A stretch of DNA of 64,000 bases from a virus. Taxonomy: Duplodnaviria > Heunggongvirae > Uroviricota > Caudoviricetes. The position numbers and the translations under genes were made by a program. The notes under the pieces are model-generated. The model saw only the letters and a list, made by a program, of their open reading frames with translations. It was not told the DNA's origin and made no database searches. The stretch is taken from positions 64,001 through 128,000 of the IMG/VR virus record IMGVR_UViG_3300037466_002980; one strand, written 5' to 3'. Position 1 is the first letter of the stretch. Each line of letters starts with the position of its first letter. This document shows positions 9,055-16,788 of this stretch, piece after piece.

Positions 9055-10161
9055 TTATCTATTTGAAGTATAATAGAGTTTGAAACTTTCTGTATTTAGA
9101 AAATCAGTTAGAGAGATATCAGTATGATTAACTATGCCTTTAATTTTTCCAGATAGGAAAAGTTCTAATACAGCAACTCCGCCACCAGCCGTGGTAGATT
9201 GGATAGAAGTAAAATTTTCTGCTCCATAGAATTTTCTAGAGAAAGTATTTCTTACCTTCTTGCCTTTCTTGGTTCCCATTGCTACGCCAAAGACAACAAT
9301 AACGTCTTGTCTAGTATAAGGAAACACCTTTAAGAATTCAGCCTTAATTCGGTCGAAATCTCCGTGATTTCTTTCCACGGCATCTGCAACATAATCATAA
9401 TGTGTAGGATATCTTAAAGTCTTATAGGAAACATTTGGAACTGATTTTAAATCCTTAATCAGGGATCCAATGCCACCGGATGTAAATGCGGCTTCATATT
9501 CACATCCGTCGATAATGACTTTTTCTCTTCCTGTTAAGGCAGGAATATCATAGAGTCTGCCATCCTTCTTAATTCTACAATCACGGATATATTCATTAAC
9601 AAGTCCATCAACACTCCAAGAAAGGCTATATAGATCTTGCGGACGAGTGCCGTTTACATTTTTCGGAAGAGCACCAACAGATACCATAAGACTATCAGCA
9701 GTATCTAAATCCTTTACTAGGTTATATCCTACATAATTGATAAATCCTGGAGCAAGTCCGCATTTAACGGCACAATTCAATTCGGGATGATCCTTGTAGA
9801 TATCCTGAACTTTATCTGCCATTACATCGTCTTCAGTAAAATCAATATAGGAACAATTTGCATCTGCTGCGGCAATAGCAACCTTTTCGTTTAAGAAAAA
9901 CGGCAAAGCATTGATTACATAAGAAATTTCATACTGCCGGAAAATCTTTGATAATTCTTCCGAAGAGGAGTTTCCAATATCGAAAAGAATATGCGAAAAA
10001 TTCCCGGCAGCCTGAAGTGCTGAAAGATCAGAATCGATTAGGTAGCAACGAACATGGTTTAAGTCATTATTTTCGTCATAATCTTTGTATTTGAAATTTT
10101 CAATCATTTCGACTAATGCCGAACCAATTTGACCTGCACCAAGTATTGCTACCTTTCTCAT
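9055..10161 (-). CDS. Saccharopine dehydrogenase family oxidoreductase (lysine 6-dehydrogenase / carboxynorspermidine synthase-like)
   Basis: Rossmann GAGQIG, INALPF, CGLAPG, VGALP, WSVDGLVNEY and YKTLRYP. Confidence 0.85.
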   Translation of the reverse strand: MRKVAILGAGQIGSALVEMIENFKYKDYDENNDLNHVRCYLIDSDLSALQAAGNFSHILFDIGNSSSEELSKIFRQYEISYVINALPFFLNEKVAIAAADANCSYIDFTEDDVMADKVQDIYKDHPELNCAVKCGLAPGFINYVGYNLVKDLDTADSLMVSVGALPKNVNGTRPQDLYSLSWSVDGLVNEYIRDCRIKKDGRLYDIPALTGREKVIIDGCEYEAAFTSGGIGSLIKDLKSVPNVSYKTLRYPTHYDYVADAVERNHGDFDRIKAEFLKVFPYTRQDVIVVFGVAMGTKKGKKVRNTFSRKFYGAENFTSIQSTTAGGGVAVLELFLSGKIKGIVNHTDISLTDFLNTESFKLYYTSNR

Positions 10162-10173
10162 AATTTCCTCTCT

Positions 10174-11559
10174 TTAATGTACTAATTCTTTTGCTCTTGC
10201 ACGAACTTCATTGAAGTTTGTTTCATTCATAATCTCACCATTCTTAAATCTCGTAACAAGATAATCAGTCTGGTCACTGTGTGTTTCATATCGGTTGGTA
10301 ACAAAGTTACCGTCCTTGTCTTTGTTAAGAACAGGACGACCCTTGAAACTTTTCTTCATCGACGATGTAACAGGATCCTTAAACACATCTATCCATTTGC
10401 CATTAATCTTAGCAGCGGAACATTTCATTGCGAATTCCAACGTATCTCTATTGACTTGTTGCAATAGAGCACCGCCTTGTCCAAATGCAACGTTATCTGC
10501 ACTATATCCTGCAATTTCCATACAGAACAGAATAGAACGGATGCTACTGTGATCAATACCGTCGCCTTGAATAATTCGAACATTATTCAGCACTCTGTAA
10601 CCCTTAGAGTTTACAATATGTCCAAAATGTTTATCAAGTATTCTAAGGCAATTCAAAACAACTTCGCTCGGATTTCCACTATCGGGACGAATCACAACGG
10701 TTGCCTTGCTCTTAAGAACATCTTCTTTCAGTTCTGTTCCCCATTTTTCACATGCCTCATAGATATTATAGCTATCACTGACGCAAGCAACATTTTTGCC
10801 TTCACCGCCATATAGTTTAATCATGTTTCGGAAAGAATCGGTTTCGTGTTCTCTTCCCCAACTGGTAACTGTACTATGTTCCATTGCAGGAATACTGAAA
10901 CCACAAATTCCCGAATCATAATACTCCATTGCAGCAAGAAGTCCATCGACAGTATCGGTCCCCATGAAGTTAACCAAGTGAGCCATACCACCGAGTCCAG
11001 CACTTTCTCTACTGGAAACACCACGGCAACCGAAATCATGAAGTTTAAAATCGATCAATTCGGGTGTACCTGTTTTTTCAAGGTATTCCAGAATAATTTG
11101 TTTGCTATGATAACTGTTGCTTGCAACAGTAGTCGGGTACCAAATGGATCTAAGAATCAAGGTTTCTAAGAAACCAGGTACCCAATAGCACTTCGGGTCT
11201 GTATTTGTCACAGTCAATAAGACATTCTTGAGGCGCATCACTGTCCCTTCATCGACTGCCTTAATTTCAATCGGTAAATACCCGCCGTGTTCCTTGACAA
11301 TATATTCCCAACCTTCCCTGTTGAAGGGTTCGCCGTGTGCTGTAATGATTGCCTCTGCTTGATCAATCATTTCCATAGTAATGGGATCAGTTAGATACTC
11401 TCGAATTAATGCCTGTGTACCGAGATACACAAGTCTATCATAGATACCACCACGAGATGAAATATACAGAACAACTTGCTCGGTCCCTTGCGGGAATTGA
11501 TTCCATTGTGAATATTTGTAACTATCAGCTGATAAGAGTAAATTTTTTCTAAATTTCAT
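10174..11559 (-). CDS. nadV: Nicotinamide phosphoribosyltransferase
   Basis: DSYK, LHDFGCRG, SIPAMEHS, VSDSY, IRPDSG, IQGDG, GGALLQ and KDPVT. Confidence 0.96.
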   Translation of the reverse strand: MKFRKNLLLSADSYKYSQWNQFPQGTEQVVLYISSRGGIYDRLVYLGTQALIREYLTDPITMEMIDQAEAIITAHGEPFNREGWEYIVKEHGGYLPIEIKAVDEGTVMRLKNVLLTVTNTDPKCYWVPGFLETLILRSIWYPTTVASNSYHSKQIILEYLEKTGTPELIDFKLHDFGCRGVSSRESAGLGGMAHLVNFMGTDTVDGLLAAMEYYDSGICGFSIPAMEHSTVTSWGREHETDSFRNMIKLYGGEGKNVACVSDSYNIYEACEKWGTELKEDVLKSKATVVIRPDSGNPSEVVLNCLRILDKHFGHIVNSKGYRVLNNVRIIQGDGIDHSSIRSILFCMEIAGYSADNVAFGQGGALLQQVNRDTLEFAMKCSAAKINGKWIDVFKDPVTSSMKKSFKGRPVLNKDKDGNFVTNRYETHSDQTDYLVTRFKNGEIMNETNFNEVRARAKELVH

Positions 11560-11605
11560 TTTAAATCTCCTTTAAAACAATGCCACAATCCGTTTGTGGA
11601 CTTTC

Positions 11606-11848
11606 TTACACTTCTGAATCTCCGGACAACCATTTGACTGGTATGTCGTGGAATATTTTACCACCTTTTTTCAAAATATAAAATAATGCATCTTCCTCGT
11701 CAGTAAAAGAAATGTGTGCCTGGACCATTCTAGGTTTCATATCATACCAACCACCATTATCCAGTCTAACAATTCCTTTAAAATCTATGTCCTGAATGTA
11801 TTCTTTAAATCTTTCATCCGACATTCCATAGACTCGAACATAGAACAT
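11606..11848 (-). CDS. Small hypothetical protein (F-x-D-E-x-D-A family)
   Basis: 80-aa ORF coupled to the nadM stop; ISFTDEEDALFY. Confidence 0.6.
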   Translation of the reverse strand: MFYVRVYGMSDERFKEYIQDIDFKGIVRLDNGGWYDMKPRMVQAHISFTDEEDALFYILKKGGKIFHDIPVKWLSGDSEV

Positions 11849-12912
11849 TATTTTGCCCTGCCAACCATAGTTTGAATAATACTATAATGGTCTTCAAATA
11901 ATACTTCGCTCATTTCAAGTGCCTGGTTTATAGGAAACCATTGCGCTTCTTCGGCGTCGTCGTCGCCTTTTACCTTAGGTAATTTTGTATCACCACCAGT
12001 AAGTTCAATCAGATATGCTTGGGTTACAGTTCTTCCTCTTAAGGAGCGATCTGGTTTATCAAATAATTTTTCATACGTGATACTACTCTGCAAAATTACC
12101 GGCGGAACCTTTATACCAGTTTCTTCCTTAAGCTCACGTAAACATGCATTCAATGCGGTTTCTTTCTGATTAACAAACCCACCGGGAAGTGCCCAGAGAC
12201 CCTTACCGGGAGACGATTTACGTCTAACAAGAAGAATATGCCCACCCTGAATAACAACTGCATCGACTGTGAAAAATGTCGGAGCATAAGGTGCGGCGGC
12301 CCAAGATTCCTTATAATTCTTAATGAATTGATATTCTTCAACTAAGGTTTTATATTCTTGTGTATAAGAAAATTGTTCTAAGAATTCTAATACCTTTTCG
12401 GGAACAGCACCTTTGATGTAATCAAAAAGTCCTTCAAAATATAATTCCCTAATCTTGGTTGCATCAATTGGATGTGATCCAATATCAACATATCCTTCAA
12501 GTGGAACAAATGTCCATTTTGGAAATGCTCTAAGATACCAACTGGAATCATCTTTTTCGTATCCTAGAATTGCAATTTTTTCATCGGGAATATTAGGATG
12601 CAAATCCTTTACTACCTGTTGAACATTACTAATCCAAAGATTATCATTATATCCAAAATCTCGAATATATGAATAGAAAGTATTATAATGATCAAGCATA
12701 CTATTCGGAAAACGGAATAGCGAGTTTGATATCATTAATTTTCGTTCTTCGGCTGTAAAAGGATTTTTAATTGTTCTGGGCTGGTAAGAGCTACCAATAA
12801 GAATTTGTACTCTTTCAGCAATTGAAGATGCATAGGCAAAATTTCTAAGATGCCCATGATGGGCAGGTTCATATCGACCAATTAGAATTGCTTTTTCGAA
12901 TTTCTTTGACAT
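11848..12912 (-). CDS. nadM: Bifunctional NMN adenylyltransferase / ADP-ribose pyrophosphatase (NadM-Nudix)
   Basis: GRYEPAHHGH (HxGH), KNPFT and Nudix box GGFVNQKETALNACLRELKEETGI. Start moved to ATG 12912 behind a GGGGGT RBS. Confidence 0.95.
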   Translation of the reverse strand: MSKKFEKAILIGRYEPAHHGHLRNFAYASSIAERVQILIGSSYQPRTIKNPFTAEERKLMISNSLFRFPNSMLDHYNTFYSYIRDFGYNDNLWISNVQQVVKDLHPNIPDEKIAILGYEKDDSSWYLRAFPKWTFVPLEGYVDIGSHPIDATKIRELYFEGLFDYIKGAVPEKVLEFLEQFSYTQEYKTLVEEYQFIKNYKESWAAAPYAPTFFTVDAVVIQGGHILLVRRKSSPGKGLWALPGGFVNQKETALNACLRELKEETGIKVPPVILQSSITYEKLFDKPDRSLRGRTVTQAYLIELTGGDTKLPKVKGDDDAEEAQWFPINQALEMSEVLFEDHYSIIQTMVGRAK

Positions 12913-12975
12913 TATTTGACCCCCAAATAATCTATTGTCTTGCAAACATCTTTTGTTTGCTATCTATTTACCATA

Positions 12976-13004
12976 ACTGTAAAACTAAACGATATTTTTG
13001 TCAA
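12976..13004 (-). promoter_or_regulatory. sigma70-like promoter for the nadM-nadV operon
   Basis: TTGACA-17 nt-TACAGT, followed by a GGTAAATA late-like variant at 12965-12972. Confidence 0.65.
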
Positions 13005-13286
13005 TTAATCATTGCCTTTCAATCGATCAATAACTTTATCTTTATCTGATTTATAATTATAACTAAATTCTTTCCACGAATCATATATAAACATAATAAT
13101 CATACCGATGATAACCAAAAGAAACAGCACAAATGGTGCAAACATAATAATCAAAAAAATCTTACCAAATCCTAATACCTTAGCAATGACAACTATCATT
13201 AACCATATTAAGAATATAATAAAGATCCTGCCATCATCTGATATACTGTTGTTCCAGAAATATGATAAGAATCTAAAAAACTTCAT
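13005..13286 (-). CDS. Small two-TM membrane protein (paralog 1)
   Basis: Hydrophobic core; ends KVIDRLKG. Confidence 0.75.
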   Translation of the reverse strand: MKFFRFLSYFWNNSISDDGRIFIIFLIWLMIVVIAKVLGFGKIFLIIMFAPFVLFLLVIIGMIIMFIYDSWKEFSYNYKSDKDKVIDRLKGND

Positions 13287-13561
13287 TAAAATTTTCCTCT
13301 TAAACGATCAACAACTTTTTCTTGTGGAGATTGATATTGACTAGAATATTTCTGCCATTGTTCAACCGTTAATGCAAACAATATCAATAGAAATAATATT
13401 GCAACCGGAACTATAAAAGAATAGAGTGCAATCAAATAATGTCCTGTGAGTACCAAGGATAGAATTATCAATAGCCATACTCCAAGGACTAAAATAGTCT
13501 TAGCATCATCGGTAAGATTTCCCCATAGCCATGGAAAAAAATAAAAGAATTTTCTAAACAT
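13286..13561 (-). CDS. Small two-TM membrane protein (paralog 2)
   Basis: Hydrophobic core; ends KVVDRLRG. Confidence 0.75.
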   Translation of the reverse strand: MFRKFFYFFPWLWGNLTDDAKTILVLGVWLLIILSLVLTGHYLIALYSFIVPVAILFLLILFALTVEQWQKYSSQYQSPQEKVVDRLRGKF

Positions 13562-13562
13562 T

Positions 13563-13703
13563 TTAAAAAATATCTATATCGTGATCTACAATTTTTAAAA
13601 ATTCCTCTTCCTCTTCCGGAGTCCATTCAAGGTATTCATCAAAATCCTCGTCTGGAATAGGAACCTCGTCGGGAACATTTCCTGGTCTATTGAATTTTCT
13701 CAT
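13563..13703 (-). CDS. 46-aa acidic peptide below the ORF-track cutoff
   Basis: MRKFNRPGNVPDEVPIPDEDFDEYLEWTPEEEEEFLKIVDHDIDIF with an AAGGTG RBS; fills the gap between neighbours. Confidence 0.6.
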   Translation of the reverse strand: MRKFNRPGNVPDEVPIPDEDFDEYLEWTPEEEEEFLKIVDHDIDIF

Positions 13704-14124
13704 ATTTCACCTTTTCTGCGTCATATATTCTCTTCCTTAGATTAGTGGTTGAGAAACTATGATTTCTGGAATTAAAAAATACCTTTTCTTCCATTAATGG
13801 AATATCGTGACCGGTATATTCTTTATCTCGCCAATCCTCGCCGATAAATCTTCTGTTAAAATGAACTGAACAGAAAATATTGTATAATTCTTCTTCAGTT
13901 TCATAAACAATTACTTCATCGACATACTTACAGGCGCGAACCTGAATATACCGTTCATGTATCGATTGTACCGGAATATTCTTTCCTTTCCTATCGATAT
14001 TCGGGTTTGTTTGAAGACATACAATAAGGTAATCGCATTGACCTTTGCATTCTTCAAACATCAAAAAATGGCCGGCATGTGTTATATCGAAACTACCGGC
14101 TGTAATACCAACAATTTTACTCAT
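13687..14124 (-). CDS. Cytidylyltransferase (TagD-like, HxGH family)
   Basis: GSFDITHAGH, ACKYVDEV, IGEDW and FSTTNLR. Confidence 0.88.
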   Translation of the reverse strand: MSKIVGITAGSFDITHAGHFLMFEECKGQCDYLIVCLQTNPNIDRKGKNIPVQSIHERYIQVRACKYVDEVIVYETEEELYNIFCSVHFNRRFIGEDWRDKEYTGHDIPLMEEKVFFNSRNHSFSTTNLRKRIYDAEKVKYEKIQ

Positions 14125-14918
14125 TTAAATTCCAATGATTTATCAATTTTAAATTTTCTATCATTAATAGAAATAGCAAGACCACTAAGGTATCCTCCCT
14201 TTGAGCATCCTGTATCCATAAAAATAACCTTACCGCCATTATTTCCTGTTACATGCAAAGGTGAAAAAATAGTTTCTCCAAAAACTGGTTTCCTGTCGTG
14301 ACCAACAATCGAAACTACGTTTTCCGGAATATCATGAATCCAATTGTACAACCTGACAGGGAATCCGTCTGATTCGTATTCGCCATTTGTTTCTCCATAG
14401 AGTGCATACGCTTTCATTTCGTTTTCTACACCTTCATCAAGTAAGACCATCGAAGAATGAAAAGCACCGTGTGAAAATACAAAATTACCAATTCTATGAT
14501 ATAATGAGGAGAAAATAGGATCTTCTATAATAGACATATATTTCTTGAAGAAATCATCTAATCGATCGTTACCGACCAATTCTAATGTTTTCTCCTGTCC
14601 GTGTGACAATCTAACTTTATTACCTTTATAGTAACGATAGAATTTATCATCATGGTTGCCGATAACAAAACCGGCTCTTTCTTCTAACCATAATTCGTGA
14701 AGAGCATCTATAACCTCAAATGGATTATGACCATAATCAACAAGGTCGCCGAGAGATAAAAGAAAATAATTTTCCTTCTTACAGAAATCAACAGCCTTTA
14801 AGAAAGCTTCGATATTAGAATGAATATCTCCCAGAACAAGAATACCATCAAAACTCGATCTGATATAATCAGATAAGTTTATAGACGAAGAGGGATGCAA
14901 GTTATATGTTACCTTCAT
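14121..14918 (-). CDS. Calcineurin-like metallophosphoesterase (PrpE / Pnkp-phosphatase-like)
   Basis: GDIH, GDLVDYG, GNHD, HG, GH and DTGCSKGGYLS. Confidence 0.9.
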   Translation of the reverse strand: MKVTYNLHPSSSINLSDYIRSSFDGILVLGDIHSNIEAFLKAVDFCKKENYFLLSLGDLVDYGHNPFEVIDALHELWLEERAGFVIGNHDDKFYRYYKGNKVRLSHGQEKTLELVGNDRLDDFFKKYMSIIEDPIFSSLYHRIGNFVFSHGAFHSSMVLLDEGVENEMKAYALYGETNGEYESDGFPVRLYNWIHDIPENVVSIVGHDRKPVFGETIFSPLHVTGNNGGKVIFMDTGCSKGGYLSGLAISINDRKFKIDKSLEFK

Positions 14919-14961
14919 AGCAACATTATAAATGCATCCCTCTTCGTATCACAACCGAGGT

Positions 14962-15177
14962 TTAATGTGATTGTCCGTCTTTTCTAGGTCTTATAGTATC
15001 TTCGGAAACAAATGCATTTAATTTTTTTGCTTCGGTGATTACCTCGTCGGACGTAAATCCTTTTATTGTAGCATGTTCATCATTATCGCGTTCATATACT
15101 TTCTGCATTGTAATAATATCATATGCTAATCTTAAAAGATCCAGACGTATTTCATATGGGGTTTTACCTACCTTCAT
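14962..15177 (-). CDS. Hypothetical protein
   Basis: 71-aa ORF with AAGGAG RBS. Confidence 0.7.
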   Translation of the reverse strand: MKVGKTPYEIRLDLLRLAYDIITMQKVYERDNDEHATIKGFTSDEVITEAKKLNAFVSEDTIRPRKDGQSH

Positions 15178-15197
15178 TATTTTTCTCCTTTTTGTGT

Positions 15198-15461
15198 TTA
15201 TTGTGCTGTGACATCCGGGCTTCCGGAATTTATTATCGCTCCACAGGCGGCATGCGCGCCTACGGTGATAATCTTATTGCCATCGACATCAACATCTGAA
15301 ACAATTGAGGTCAATGCTGTTGTACCGTGTCCATGTATAGGACAACTGTGTAAATCACCTTCTCTAGCTATTGCAATTCCATTTGCAAAACTATCCGAAC
15401 TCGCTGAAACTATTGTTCCTCCGTGACTAGAGGAATCACCTAATCTTGCTACTGCTGCCAT
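15198..15461 (-). CDS. PAAR-domain tail spike tip protein
   Basis: VARLGD.SSHGG, IAREGDLHSCPIHGH and CGAII.SGS. Confidence 0.92.
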   Translation of the reverse strand: MAAVARLGDSSSHGGTIVSASSDSFANGIAIAREGDLHSCPIHGHGTTALTSIVSDVDVDGNKIITVGAHAACGAIINSGSPDVTAQ

Positions 15462-15757
15462 TATGTAATAATCTTCTTATCAGGAACCATAATCGGAGAA
15501 AGTGTTGCTTTATATTTCTTCTCAATTTCTTCGTTTGGAGATCCTGTTATAACTAATTTTTTAGGAACCGTATATGGCTTCTTTGGATCTGACATAATTG
15601 AAACGGGCATAAATTGAACTCCTTTATCTCCCATTCCAAGTGTTAGAGGATTAGTAATTATATACACATCCTCTTCTACTGATTGCACTTCACAAACAAA
15701 TTCTTCTCCACTTGTGAATTTAAATACTGCTGTATAAGGTACTTTTGAAACTAACAT
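15461..15757 (-). CDS. Hypothetical protein, possibly Sm-like fold
   Basis: FKFTSGEEFVC...ITNPL pattern. Confidence 0.55.
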   Translation of the reverse strand: MLVSKVPYTAVFKFTSGEEFVCEVQSVEEDVYIITNPLTLGMGDKGVQFMPVSIMSDPKKPYTVPKKLVITGSPNEEIEKKYKATLSPIMVPDKKIIT

Positions 15758-16773
15758 TAAAAATCATCCCATCCTTTAACTGCTTCTGAACGACTATATT
15801 CAGTTACTTTTGTTTCAAAGAAATTTTCTCTCTTTTCAGCATTTAAATATTCATATGGATTCTTTGTAAATCCTTTATATACTACACCAAGGCCAATTAT
15901 TTTGGCACGTTGGTTTGCTAAAAATTTGATATATTCTTCGGTGCTTATTTTTGATATACCTAAGATTCTATCTCCGTATATTTCTGTTCCCCATTGGATT
16001 TCTTCTTCGGCGGCGTAAGAAATATTTTCAAGAAGAATTTCTCTATCTTTTGTATCATTTAGATCAAAGATTTCTCTAATGATGTTTGCAAACATATTCA
16101 CATGAGTGACCTCATCATTTTCAATATATTTGATCATCTTGGCTACATTCGCAACCTTATTGCGAGCAGCAAGTTGATAGAAGAATTGAAATCCATTATA
16201 AAAATAAATTCCTTCTAATGCATAATCTGCCGCTAAAGCAATTTTGAAGTTTTCAAGTGTCTTCTTATCATTAAATTTCTGATATTGTCCTGCAATAAAT
16301 TTATTTCTTTTAAGAAGTAACGGATTGTTTCTCCAATAATTATAAATTTCTTCACGTTCAATATTCGGAAATAATTCTTGCAATAAGTATTGATATGATT
16401 GTGAATGAATTAATTCCTGAAATGCCTGAATTGTAAATAATCCACTAATTTCAGGAGCAGTGATATAATCTGCAATATTTGGCAAATTAGCAACCTGCAT
16501 ACTATCCAAAGCGATAAGAAACGATAATGTATTCTTGAATGCTTCCATTTCGTCCCTAGTCAATTCTTTAATTGTAACCTTATCATCAACTAAGGAAATT
16601 TTTTCTGGAATCCAAAAATTATTCACCATAATTTTATAGAGTTTGGTAGCCCACTGATATTTGACGCTATTTAAGTTTAAGATTCCTGTAGCATTACCAT
16701 TTATAATATTTCTTTCGGTAATAGAATCGTTTCCTAATTCATCAAAAATTTTCTTATGAATTAATTCTGTCAT
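15757..16773 (-). CDS. nrdB: Ribonucleotide reductase class I beta subunit
   Basis: Metal ligands and radical Tyr present: LDSMQ, QELIHSQSY, LEGIYFYNGF, DEVTH; NFFE tail. Confidence 0.96.
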   Translation of the reverse strand: MTELIHKKIFDELGNDSITERNIINGNATGILNLNSVKYQWATKLYKIMVNNFWIPEKISLVDDKVTIKELTRDEMEAFKNTLSFLIALDSMQVANLPNIADYITAPEISGLFTIQAFQELIHSQSYQYLLQELFPNIEREEIYNYWRNNPLLLKRNKFIAGQYQKFNDKKTLENFKIALAADYALEGIYFYNGFQFFYQLAARNKVANVAKMIKYIENDEVTHVNMFANIIREIFDLNDTKDREILLENISYAAEEEIQWGTEIYGDRILGISKISTEEYIKFLANQRAKIIGLGVVYKGFTKNPYEYLNAEKRENFFETKVTEYSRSEAVKGWDDF

Positions 16774-16788
16774 ATAAGCCTTTCTGTG

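Noticed and set aside
15198-15461. Type VI secretion or eCIS locus suggested by PAAR, sheath and tube
   Set aside because: Terminase, neck, head completion and T4-like replication genes show that this is a myophage.
15757-16773. Metal-free or otherwise atypical RNR beta subunit
   Set aside because: All canonical carboxylate/His ligands and the radical Tyr are present.
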